This document shows, one piece after another, positions 15,868 through 25,235 of a DNA stretch of 44,889 bases. How positions within the stretch are numbered: the first letter of the stretch is position 1; the number at the start of each line of letters is the position of its first letter. The position numbers and the translations under genes were made by a program. The stretch is from Candidatus Woesearchaeota archaeon (GTDB lineage: Archaea; Nanobdellota; Nanobdellia; Pacearchaeales; GW2011-AR1): positions 1 through 44,889 of the forward strand of contig CAZZNU010000001.1 of assembly GCA_964655925.1 (NCBI GenBank), given 5' to 3'. The notes beneath the pieces were generated by a model. It had not been told where the DNA came from. It did not search any database and was given only the letters and a program-made list of their open reading frames with translations.

Positions 15868-18027
15868 CTAACCACCAATACCGGCTAGTGCAATACCGGC
15901 AATTAGTGTTAGAGCAACAATAGATACAAGAGCAATAGCAAAATATGTCATCATGCTCTTTGCTAAGTTAATCCCAGTCTGAGAAGCAACCGTTAAATCA
16001 TCCTTCCCATTATTTATAGTTACCAAAGTAGAACTCAAAATAAATACTATCTCAATTAGATAAATACCAACAACAATCTGTATCCAATAAGTAGGAAGCA
16101 TAGTTTCCAAATTAAACATAGAAGATAAATTACTCAAAGCCCCAGCCCCCATTATCCCATCAGCTGCATCCATACTCCCCATAATTGTCTCTAAATTGCC
16201 TAATATTAGCGTAATCATACCACTTAAACCCACTATTATCCCAGAAAGCATCGGCGCCAAAAACCCCATATTACTCCTCATATCACTAATTATCTCAGCA
16301 AGCAAATCCTTTAACCTATCCTGAACCTTATTAACATTCTTAACATACTCTGAAATACTCATTAAACTCCTCGCAGCAACCTGCAAACCCTTCTTCACTG
16401 ATTCAACCAATATTCTCATTGACATCACAATTAAATGAGATGGATAGTATATAGCAGCCCCACGACTCTCATCAAAAATAGCCCTATCAATACTCATACC
16501 ATACCCTCTAATATTCTCACTAACCATAGCAAAAAATCCCTCACTAGCAGTTCCCTTACTCGATTCTGCAATCTTCCCAAACGCCACCTCAGCTGGGAGC
16601 CCATCCCCAATTCTATTCCCCAACTGAAACAACGAAGAAGTAAACTCACTCTCCACCTGTCTATACCTCTCTTTTTCCTTAATAATATCAACAGTTCTCT
16701 TCCTAAAAGAATAAGAAAACATTACAGCAATCCCTATTGGAATAAATAAACTCATAACTAACGAAAGAGGTCCAAACGGTCCATAAACCTTACCATCACT
16801 CTCAAAAAGCCCAAATAAACTAGTACTTTCCATAAAACCAAATCCTAAATCTCCAAAAGTCCAATCCAAAGGCATATTCAACCAATTATGAAGTGGAGTA
16901 TAACCCCAAACAATAGGAAAAATACCAATCAAAAACAAAGGCAAAGCAATCAAAAACCCTACCTTCAAACTTTTCTTACTCTGAAACTTCTCATACAAAG
17001 GATTTTTTGACAACAACCCAGAATCCCCATACCCACCAGGTCTCATAGACATAATATTATATGTCATATATATTACAAAAAACGGTATCATCAAATTAAA
17101 CATAATAAACAAATGAGACACTTTTATTGCTCCATTAAGCATAGTAGACGCCAAAGGCAAAATCGCAAGAGCAAGAGTAGGCAAAACAATCCCAAGCATA
17201 TAAACATTAGTCAACGGACTTTTTACCTCATGAGTATACTTAAGCATCTTATCGTACACACCATCTAAAATAACAGTTAAAGCCCTCTCCAAAATCTCAA
17301 CCCTTCTTCCCTCACTTGATTCAAACAAACTAGAACTAACCAAATGAATTGCCTCAACAAATTCCATAGAATAATCCTTCCACCCCTCCAAATAAATATC
17401 AATAGCTTCCTTAATAGTAGAATACTTTTTAGACTGAACCTCCCAAAAAATTCTCTTAAAGTCTGATGACAACGGATCCTCTAAATTCTCAGCAGCAAAC
17501 GCAACCGCTTTTTCCAAGTTAGAAGTATGCTTCATATAAATAACAATATACAACAACGCAGGGACCATCTGACTACTCGCTTTAAGTCTCCACTTCATCG
17601 CCAACCTCTCAGGCGTCTTAGAAGCAAAATAATAAATAAATAAACCAAAAAACAAAAACAAAAAAAGCATAAGAACACTAAAAGTATCAATAATAAGATA
17701 TAGTGCGAGCACAAAAAAAAGCCCACCAACAATTGTAATCATCATAAGCATAGCAGCAAGCCCCATAACTTCAGAAGGACTAACATTCAAGTGAGCAATA
17801 TCTATATTTTTCTGAATCTTCTGAGCATCCTTACCCTTAACTTTAACACTTATTGTCTTACCAACTGACTTACACCACTTCTCATAATTAGTAAAATCAG
17901 GCGACAACCCTTCTTTATAACTCTCATAAGTTCTCGTAAAATTAACATTGTCATACGAACTCTCAAACTGGTTCATCTGCTTCTTTATCTTATCACCATA
18001 CTTCCTCAAAATATCGTCCGTACTCAT
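15868..18027 (-). CDS. Polytopic membrane protein, TadC/FlaJ/PilC-like type IV pilus platform protein
   Basis: 719 aa. Two soluble helical segments (about aa 136-270 and 440-590) resemble T2SS-F domains (DPLSSDFKRIFWEVQSKKYSTIKEAI; FTSSLFQLGNRIGDGLPAEVAF...IRGYGMSIDRAI). Each is followed by TM helices. Confidence 0.5.
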   Translation of the reverse strand: MSTDDILRKYGDKIKKQMNQFESSYDNVNFTRTYESYKEGLSPDFTNYEKWCKSVGKTISVKVKGKDAQKIQKNIDIAHLNVSPSEVMGLAAMLMMITIVGGLFFVLALYLIIDTFSVLMLFLFLFFGLFIYYFASKTPERLAMKWRLKASSQMVPALLYIVIYMKHTSNLEKAVAFAAENLEDPLSSDFKRIFWEVQSKKYSTIKEAIDIYLEGWKDYSMEFVEAIHLVSSSLFESSEGRRVEILERALTVILDGVYDKMLKYTHEVKSPLTNVYMLGIVLPTLALAILPLASTMLNGAIKVSHLFIMFNLMIPFFVIYMTYNIMSMRPGGYGDSGLLSKNPLYEKFQSKKSLKVGFLIALPLFLIGIFPIVWGYTPLHNWLNMPLDWTFGDLGFGFMESTSLFGLFESDGKVYGPFGPLSLVMSLFIPIGIAVMFSYSFRKRTVDIIKEKERYRQVESEFTSSLFQLGNRIGDGLPAEVAFGKIAESSKGTASEGFFAMVSENIRGYGMSIDRAIFDESRGAAIYYPSHLIVMSMRILVESVKKGLQVAARSLMSISEYVKNVNKVQDRLKDLLAEIISDMRSNMGFLAPMLSGIIVGLSGMITLILGNLETIMGSMDAADGIMGAGALSNLSSMFNLETMLPTYWIQIVVGIYLIEIVFILSSTLVTINNGKDDLTVASQTGINLAKSMMTYFAIALVSIVALTLIAGIALAGIGG

Positions 18028-18112
18028 AAACCACCTCTAAATAAAATAGAATATCACTTTAATAAATCTTTACAATAAACGCGTATTTACCTAAAACATA
18101 TGTCATTTTCCA

Positions 18113-18130
18113 CGCGAAAGCTTTTTAAAT
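18113..18130 (+). promoter_or_regulatory. BRE + TATA box of tfb
   Basis: CGCGAAAG CTTTTTAAAT, ending 23 nt before the ATG at 18154. This implies a leaderless or near-leaderless mRNA. Confidence 0.6.
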
Positions 18131-18153
18131 GCTAGTCATTTTTAAACCTTACT

Positions 18154-19110
18154 ATGTCATCTATTAAGCGTTGTCCTGAGTGTAATAGCACAAACCTAAT
18201 CTATGACGATTCTCGTGGAGAACTTATCTGTGGGGATTGTGGACTATTAGTTGAAGAAGGCATGGTGGACACCAGCCACGAACTTCGTTCTTTTGATAAA
18301 TCAGAGAAAAAATCAAGAGGCGGAGCACCAATGTCAATGCAAAAGTTTGACAAAGGACTAACAACAAACATCGGAGAAATTTCTGACATTTACAGATTAG
18401 ATTCTAGCCAACAAACAAGAAAATACTTAAGATTAAAGAAATGGCAAGAAAGAGTATCAACTTCTATTGAAAGAAACTTGCGTCTTGCAATGTCTGAACT
18501 AAGACGAGTAGCATCATTTCTAGATTTACCTTCAGTAGTTAGAGACGAAGCAGCAAGAATTTACAATTTCGTACTACAAAGAGGATTAGTTAGAGGAAGA
18601 AGTATGGAATCAGTAATTGCAGCATGTATCTACGCAGCATGCCGTTCATATAACATACCAAGAACACTTGACGAGATATCTAACGCAAGCGAAGTAGAAA
18701 GAAAAGAAATCGGAAGAACATACAGATTTATAATTAGAAAAATTGGACTTAAACTAGTGCCATCTTCTCCAAAAGATTACATCTCAAGATTTGGCTCAAC
18801 ATTACATCTATCTCCTCGTTCTCAAAACGAAGCGCTAAAAATCCTAAATAAACCAGAAATAAACGAACTTACTTCTGGGCGTGGACCTGCAGGAATTGCA
18901 GCCGCTGCACTGTATGTCTCAGCTCTACTTAATGACGAGAAAAAAACTCAAAGAGAAGTAGCCGATGTTGCAGGAATTACAGAAGTAACAATAAGAAACA
19001 GGTACAAAGAACTTCTAGACAAATTAAACCTTGAAGAAAAAATCAAAATAAAAGAAAACGAAGCAAGAAAAAAGAAAAGATTACTAAAAGAATCACAACC
19101 AAAAGATTAA
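18154..19110 (+). CDS. tfb: Transcription initiation factor IIB (TFB)
   Basis: N-terminal zinc ribbon CPECNS...CGDCG, a B-reader/linker, two cyclin-fold repeats, and a C-terminal HTH (QREVADVAGITEVTIRNRYKEL). Confidence 0.92.
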   Translation: MSSIKRCPECNSTNLIYDDSRGELICGDCGLLVEEGMVDTSHELRSFDKSEKKSRGGAPMSMQKFDKGLTTNIGEISDIYRLDSSQQTRKYLRLKKWQERVSTSIERNLRLAMSELRRVASFLDLPSVVRDEAARIYNFVLQRGLVRGRSMESVIAACIYAACRSYNIPRTLDEISNASEVERKEIGRTYRFIIRKIGLKLVPSSPKDYISRFGSTLHLSPRSQNEALKILNKPEINELTSGRGPAGIAAAALYVSALLNDEKKTQREVADVAGITEVTIRNRYKELLDKLNLEEKIKIKENEARKKKRLLKESQPKD

Positions 19111-19112
19111 CT

Positions 19113-22100
19113 CTACTTCTTCTCTAAAACTCCATCTCTAAAAGTATAATTTTCTAAAACAACTAATTTGTGTATTCCTATATATTCTCCCTTTTGTTTT
19201 TCATCAATTACAATAGCTCCATCCTCTAACACCTTCCCTACATTTTTATTAAAAAACAAAATACCTGATTTTTTTACCTTACCCTTATCATCTATAAAGA
19301 ATTTTGTCCTCTCTCCACCATACACAATATGCTTACCTTCCACATAAAAGTTGTAATCGTACATACATTTTCCAGAAAACAAATCACAATGGTACCCACT
19401 CTCACACTCTAAGTCAGAACTACAATAAGTATTAACACACCTATTATCTTCATCACAAACTTTTCCAACACTACAATCCAAAGACACCAAACACTCAACA
19501 CATGTCCTGCTCTCTGTTATCCAAACCATCTTGTTTTCTATACACCTTTCTTCTTCTCTCACAAATTCGTTTATACATTTTCCAGATGTCAAGTTACAAA
19601 AATATCCACTATTACAATCCAAGTCAGAACTGCAAAAATCACTAACACATACATTTTTTACACATACTCCTGCACCACAATCTAAAGATGAAATACATTC
19701 AACACACCCTAACTCATTTCCACCCCATACAAAACCACTTCTCTTACAATCTAATTCACTCTCTTTAAACTCTTCAAAACATTTTCCAGAAGTTAAATCA
19801 CAAAAATATCCTTTATCACATTCCAAATCAGAACTACAAAAATCATTAACACACATTTTATCTACACTACATATTTTACCTATACCACAATCAGAAGACT
19901 CCAAACACTCAACACATTTTCTATCTTTAGTTATCCAAAATAACCCATTGTCTTTACAAATTTGCTCCTTTTTTATAAAATCGTCCATACATTTTCCAGA
20001 AAACAAATCACAGAAATATCCTTTACCACATTCCAAATCAGAACTACAAAAATCATTAACACACATTCCATCCACGCTACATACCCTACCTATACCACAC
20101 TCTGAAGATGACATACATTCAACACACCTTTTTTCATCCTCTAACCAAGTCCACCCATTCTTAGCACAACTATCTTTCACCCTATCAGCATCCTTATATA
20201 AGGCACCATTAGAAATACGATATTTTTCTAATTCTTCATATGTGAACCCTACTCCTATTATCTCTCTATTCTTAAACTCTGGACTCACCACAATTATATC
20301 ATTTGAATTTAAACTAGCAATTATATTCTTACCACTTAAATCATATATCTTCCTATCAGCTGACAAATACATGTCTATATAATTATAATTATAATAAATT
20401 TTATTCTCTTTTAGATTTAACCCTATATTTTTCTTAAACTCTCCTCCAATAAATGAGTAATCGCTTAATGCCGAAAAAGTTATATCTTCCCCTTTAATTC
20501 GCTTAGATTCATGCCCACTTATTATTGAAATAGATTTATCTTCATTGATATAACCAAATTTTGTATACGGAATTGAACAACTTTGTAAATAGTAATCATA
20601 AACTCCTGTACCTTCTTTTATACAAATACCAGTAGAACGGGTTTCATACAATATTTCTCCCTTTATCGAGTTATATGAAAATCCTGAAACAGATATTGTC
20701 TCAACCAACTTCTCACAATGGTTATGACAATATTCCTTATTGTCCTCCCCCATACTTTCTAAGCAACTCAAAACACAATCCTCTGCTATTCCATCTTCTA
20801 CTACTATTCCTCTTTTTGCTAATATAGAGTTTAAAGAAATCTTCAAATAATATGCGTACGCTTTTTGACTGTTAGTAGCACCACTTGATGTTCCTATTAT
20901 ATCTTCTAAGTCCTTATTTATCTCATTATATGTTTTTACATCTCCAACAGACTCTTCAGGAGCAAAACTGTTTATTTTTTTCTTTACTTCTTCTAATTTA
21001 GTATCAAACTGTTCATAACTTCCAACCGTCCTTTTAATCCCAATATCTTTAATTTCAGAAGGATCTATTGTAGACAGAACCTTGTTTATATCTTTAGTAT
21101 CAAGCCAACATATTACATTTTCATCTCCACAATATCCAACATTTCTCCACCTCTCATCACTCTCTACAATAGATGCTCCAGATTCTGGATTCCTACTAGC
21201 ACAAACTCTAGTAATTCCAACACTAGAAATACTGTTTCTTGAATCAAGCATATTGTCTCCTTCCACAAAGTCAACAATTAAATTTAATCCGTGGCTAAAA
21301 GATAAACAATCCGCTTCTGTTGTTATCTTTGTAGAATTAACATCAGCTAATAGTATTTTATCTATTACACGATTAACTCCATACAGTGAACTAGTTACTC
21401 CAAAGTCGCATTTTGTATCACCATCTACTGAAATACATAATTTCCTATATCCACTTATTGCAGTAAAATCTTTATTTTCTATTTTTGACTCTCTAGCCGG
21501 AATAATTCCTTTAGCTATAACATAAGTATTATCATATGAAATGCTTGATGGATCCGTTAAATATACGCTATAAGACCTATCCTTACTACCTGCATAAATA
21601 CTATAAAATACACTGTATATTGATTCAGGTGGGGTTGTAGCATCAGTATAACTTTTCTCACTAACACTTCCTGTAAATTGTGCCCCTGTTGTTGGAGATA
21701 AAGAATTCCACACTCCACTAAGCCAACTCTGTTTGCCCCCATCTCCTATGCCAATAGACGGCGTATTAATTATTGCATTACATAAATCATAACTAACATT
21801 TTCTAGATTAATATCAAATAACTTGTCTAAAGATGTACTCAAATAATTTGCAATATAATTAGACGCTATAGCGTTTAATTCTTTTCTTTGTGCCAAGAAG
21901 TTAAGATAAGTTGAACCACCACTTAGTTTACTTATACCTAAATTACCCACCCAATTTAGACCTGAATTTACTAACGAGACAGCATGCTTAGTAACCATCT
22001 CACAAATATAAAAGCTCCTTATCTTATCACAACTGCCAACATATTCTCCAGTCGTCGCCCTTGTGTTTAAACAATTTTGATGTTCAACAAGCATAGAACG

Positions 22101-25100
22101 AAATGCATCAAGACCTGCATAAATCCCTGGAATACAAACAAATCCATTTCCTATACAATAAACAATACTTCCTATAACCCCTGTTTGAGTAACATCCTGA
22201 ACTCTCCATTTGCCTTTCAAGTCACATCTATCTGATGGACACTCCACCCAATCACACACCTTCTGAACTCCTAAGCAATCTTGAGGACTCAAAAAGTCCA
22301 TACACTCAAAATCCATTAATGCAAAAAGTGTCTTTCCAACTGTAAATGTTTGTCCTAAAATATTTGCTGTATCACTTCCGTATTGTCTATTTGCTTCCAT
22401 AATCGCAGTATACGCTTTATTATACAAATCCTTGACTTGCGCCTCTGTATAACTCTCACACGGAGTAAATTTATCATAAATAGGATTTCTAACTTCAAAA
22501 CTTCTACATAAGTCTTGCCCCAATCCATAATTTATAGTATTATCCTTTCCAACATTACAAATGTAAAAATTCAAAACTTCTCCATTAGATGAATATGCTT
22601 TGACTCTGTCATCAAACACATCTCCTCTACTCGAAGAAACATAAGCGTACCATCCTCTTTCTCTGTCAAACGGTACAACCGCAGCTAATCCATTAACATT
22701 ACTTAACCCACCAAGCATTGAGCCTACTTCATAATATTCTATATTTCCAGTTGTAATCACATTAGAACAAGCATCATCTAACCTACTTTTTTTACTCGTA
22801 CTAGGTTTTTCTTCTTCTTTCTCATTAACATTATTTTCTACTTCTTTAGAATCTCCACGAACGAGCGGAAATAATGTGAACGAAAATAATATCTTTCCAC
22901 TTTGAGATTGAGTTTGTTGTTCTATTAGTGGAGCAAATTCCTTATTTACATCTCCAAGTATTGTTTTACAATAATAATCTTTATCGCCACAACCTCCATT
23001 AAAATCAGCAACAGAAGAAAACAAAGTATATTTCTCCATTTGAGATACAGACATATCATCTATTTCTAATGGAATAGTTACTCCATTCACATTAATAAAT
23101 AATTCACCACTTGCAGACTTCCACCCTCTCTCTTCAGAAGCATCATTTAATAGAGAGCCTGCTGATACTCTCTCATTCTGAGTCATTTTATAACTTTCTT
23201 TATATTTACTCTTCAAGTCTTTTACATCCTTTGAGTATTGTTTAACTGCCTTATTTATTGCATCATTATTATCTAATAAACACTTATCCATTCCATCTGG
23301 AGAGTCCCTACATCCTTCCTTAAACACTTGCATAACACTCATTCTATACAAAGCTTCTCCATTAGCTAACGCTGTAATCATTTTTATTGTAGTATATGTT
23401 CTAGCTACACCACAAACCGCATTCCAACCATTATGTATTACTTCTATTGCGTCTACAATATTTCCAACTATTCTTATAGTATCGTTCATCTCATCAGCCC
23501 TCTTCTTAGCTTTTTCTGGTGTTAGAGCAAAAAATCTTTTTTCTATTGGAATGTGGAATGTAAAATTCATTGCAATATCTCCACTATCTATCTTTGGTAT
23601 AATCCTTACTTTTGCAACATTATTATAATTCACATTGTCTAGTCTTAATCCTATAATTTTTTTATTTTCATTTTCAAAATATTTGCTCTCTCCTACAGCT
23701 AAACTTATACTCTCTCCTTTCACCCAAAAGACAGCACTATCTTCATTTATTCTTGATATAATAACACCGTACTCCTCAATATACTCTCCCTCTCTTTTAT
23801 TAGGGAATACATTATCTTCACCATCTACATTCAAATTAAAACTAACTGTAACACTTTTTTCGTCTGATAAAAAGTGAAAGTTGTTTATGATTATTGTTGA
23901 ACTCAAACCGTTTTGTAAATTAATATTCCTAGCCCCCTCACTTCTATCAACATTTTGCATCCCTTGTCCCATAATAGAAATTTCTGAGAAATGTTCTGAA
24001 TATTGAAATTCTTTTAAGTATCTATTTACAAGTTCTTTTTGAGTTTTTTCAAGACCTAAATCTCTAGCCAAAAATATAGAATCATATAGCGCCATCTCCG
24101 CATAATATTTCTCGTCTGGCGATTTTTCTTTTGGAAAGTTATTAAGTAATTCTGTCAAATCTTCTTTTATCAACTTAAAAGACTCTATATTTTTCTCTTT
24201 ATCTACCAATTCCTCTACATTTTTTCTACTTTTTAGTCTCAGTGTATAAATTTCACTTCCACATTTAATCATCACCTGTCCAACAGGAGCATCCTCGCAT
24301 TTAACACCATCTTTACTTCCAGCAATATCACAATCTTTTACTATCCTGTTAACCACACAAGCACCGTTTAGTATAGAATCACCTTCCCTTAACATGTAGT
24401 TCATTCCATCTATATTCAAATCTACTTTATTTTTTGCAGGCACTATCCCCTCAAACTTAACTCTAAACCCAGCCTTACATTCGTATCCAGGTAAATAAAC
24501 AACATCGCTTGTTTGACCTTCCTTCAAATTAAAAGAAGCATAGTTTTCTAAACCAAGCATGTTAAAAACAAGTTGAACCGATTCAGAACTATAATCTCTT
24601 ACCTTAACCAACCCCGTACTAGAAAGATATTCGCCCGTATTTCTCTCGTCCAAACTTAAATATAAAACCTCATCTTTAATTCTGTCATTAGTAACAAAAG
24701 TGTACTTTATGTTAGCTGTCAAAATACCTGTTACATATTTTTCTAGATTGTCTTCATTAGGCTGCTTTTTTAGTACAACAACTACATAACCTATATTTTC
24801 CAAAACATCATCAATAATCTTAGATGAACTTTTAGACAATGATGACCTGTATGGATGATAACTTATACTTCTCACTTCTTCAGGGTAATCTCCACTAAAA
24901 GAAATAGAAGATATAGCCGATGCTTGAATTAATGAATTTAGTCTAACTGCATTTAATTGGCACATCACACTAACATCTTGTTCTGCTAATAAATTACTAG
25001 TAACAACCGACGGAGTGCAAGAACTTATGAAAATATCAAAATCTGCCTTTGCTGGAGTACTACACACATCTCCAAAAGAGGTTTCTCCACCTGGGAAATT

Positions 25101-25235
25101 ATTAGGTGAATTGCCAAAAGAGCTACTTCCTGTTGGATTATTAAAATTATCTTCTGCAAAAACTAAACTCATGGTCATTAGTAAAACCAGACACATCATT
25201 AAACAATAAATCGTCCTTTTATTTACATCTACCAT
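19113..25235 (-). CDS. Giant (2040-aa) secreted protein with C-terminal Cys-rich repeats, putative adhesin
   Basis: Sec-type signal peptide (MMCLVLLMTMSLVFA/ED) and a large body with no recognisable family. Four tandem repeats of about 70 aa with 10 Cys each lie near the C-terminus. Its start overlaps the stop of the upstream gene (TAATG). Confidence 0.75.
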   Translation of the reverse strand: MVDVNKRTIYCLMMCLVLLMTMSLVFAEDNFNNPTGSSSFGNSPNNFPGGETSFGDVCSTPAKADFDIFISSCTPSVVTSNLLAEQDVSVMCQLNAVRLNSLIQASAISSISFSGDYPEEVRSISYHPYRSSLSKSSSKIIDDVLENIGYVVVVLKKQPNEDNLEKYVTGILTANIKYTFVTNDRIKDEVLYLSLDERNTGEYLSSTGLVKVRDYSSESVQLVFNMLGLENYASFNLKEGQTSDVVYLPGYECKAGFRVKFEGIVPAKNKVDLNIDGMNYMLREGDSILNGACVVNRIVKDCDIAGSKDGVKCEDAPVGQVMIKCGSEIYTLRLKSRKNVEELVDKEKNIESFKLIKEDLTELLNNFPKEKSPDEKYYAEMALYDSIFLARDLGLEKTQKELVNRYLKEFQYSEHFSEISIMGQGMQNVDRSEGARNINLQNGLSSTIIINNFHFLSDEKSVTVSFNLNVDGEDNVFPNKREGEYIEEYGVIISRINEDSAVFWVKGESISLAVGESKYFENENKKIIGLRLDNVNYNNVAKVRIIPKIDSGDIAMNFTFHIPIEKRFFALTPEKAKKRADEMNDTIRIVGNIVDAIEVIHNGWNAVCGVARTYTTIKMITALANGEALYRMSVMQVFKEGCRDSPDGMDKCLLDNNDAINKAVKQYSKDVKDLKSKYKESYKMTQNERVSAGSLLNDASEERGWKSASGELFINVNGVTIPLEIDDMSVSQMEKYTLFSSVADFNGGCGDKDYYCKTILGDVNKEFAPLIEQQTQSQSGKILFSFTLFPLVRGDSKEVENNVNEKEEEKPSTSKKSRLDDACSNVITTGNIEYYEVGSMLGGLSNVNGLAAVVPFDRERGWYAYVSSSRGDVFDDRVKAYSSNGEVLNFYICNVGKDNTINYGLGQDLCRSFEVRNPIYDKFTPCESYTEAQVKDLYNKAYTAIMEANRQYGSDTANILGQTFTVGKTLFALMDFECMDFLSPQDCLGVQKVCDWVECPSDRCDLKGKWRVQDVTQTGVIGSIVYCIGNGFVCIPGIYAGLDAFRSMLVEHQNCLNTRATTGEYVGSCDKIRSFYICEMVTKHAVSLVNSGLNWVGNLGISKLSGGSTYLNFLAQRKELNAIASNYIANYLSTSLDKLFDINLENVSYDLCNAIINTPSIGIGDGGKQSWLSGVWNSLSPTTGAQFTGSVSEKSYTDATTPPESIYSVFYSIYAGSKDRSYSVYLTDPSSISYDNTYVIAKGIIPARESKIENKDFTAISGYRKLCISVDGDTKCDFGVTSSLYGVNRVIDKILLADVNSTKITTEADCLSFSHGLNLIVDFVEGDNMLDSRNSISSVGITRVCASRNPESGASIVESDERWRNVGYCGDENVICWLDTKDINKVLSTIDPSEIKDIGIKRTVGSYEQFDTKLEEVKKKINSFAPEESVGDVKTYNEINKDLEDIIGTSSGATNSQKAYAYYLKISLNSILAKRGIVVEDGIAEDCVLSCLESMGEDNKEYCHNHCEKLVETISVSGFSYNSIKGEILYETRSTGICIKEGTGVYDYYLQSCSIPYTKFGYINEDKSISIISGHESKRIKGEDITFSALSDYSFIGGEFKKNIGLNLKENKIYYNYNYIDMYLSADRKIYDLSGKNIIASLNSNDIIVVSPEFKNREIIGVGFTYEELEKYRISNGALYKDADRVKDSCAKNGWTWLEDEKRCVECMSSSECGIGRVCSVDGMCVNDFCSSDLECGKGYFCDLFSGKCMDDFIKKEQICKDNGLFWITKDRKCVECLESSDCGIGKICSVDKMCVNDFCSSDLECDKGYFCDLTSGKCFEEFKESELDCKRSGFVWGGNELGCVECISSLDCGAGVCVKNVCVSDFCSSDLDCNSGYFCNLTSGKCINEFVREEERCIENKMVWITESRTCVECLVSLDCSVGKVCDEDNRCVNTYCSSDLECESGYHCDLFSGKCMYDYNFYVEGKHIVYGGERTKFFIDDKGKVKKSGILFFNKNVGKVLEDGAIVIDEKQKGEYIGIHKLVVLENYTFRDGVLEKK
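19353..20168 (-). repeat. Four tandem coding repeats (64-70 codons each) inside the giant ORF
   Basis: The protein repeats share C..(N/S)G..W.....(K/R/G)CVEC..S.(D/E)C..G..C.....CV(N/S)(D/T)(F/Y)CSSDL(E/D)C..GY.C(D/N)L.SGKC. The DNA period is about 205-210 nt (boundaries 19353, 19545, 19749, 19959, 20168). Confidence 0.85.

Noticed and set aside
19531-20382. 283-aa plus-strand ORF with its own internal repeats.
   Set aside because: It is the antisense reading of the four Cys-rich coding repeats of the giant minus-strand gene. Its periodicity is inherited, and its composition (S/L/H/P-rich) is typical of a shadow ORF.
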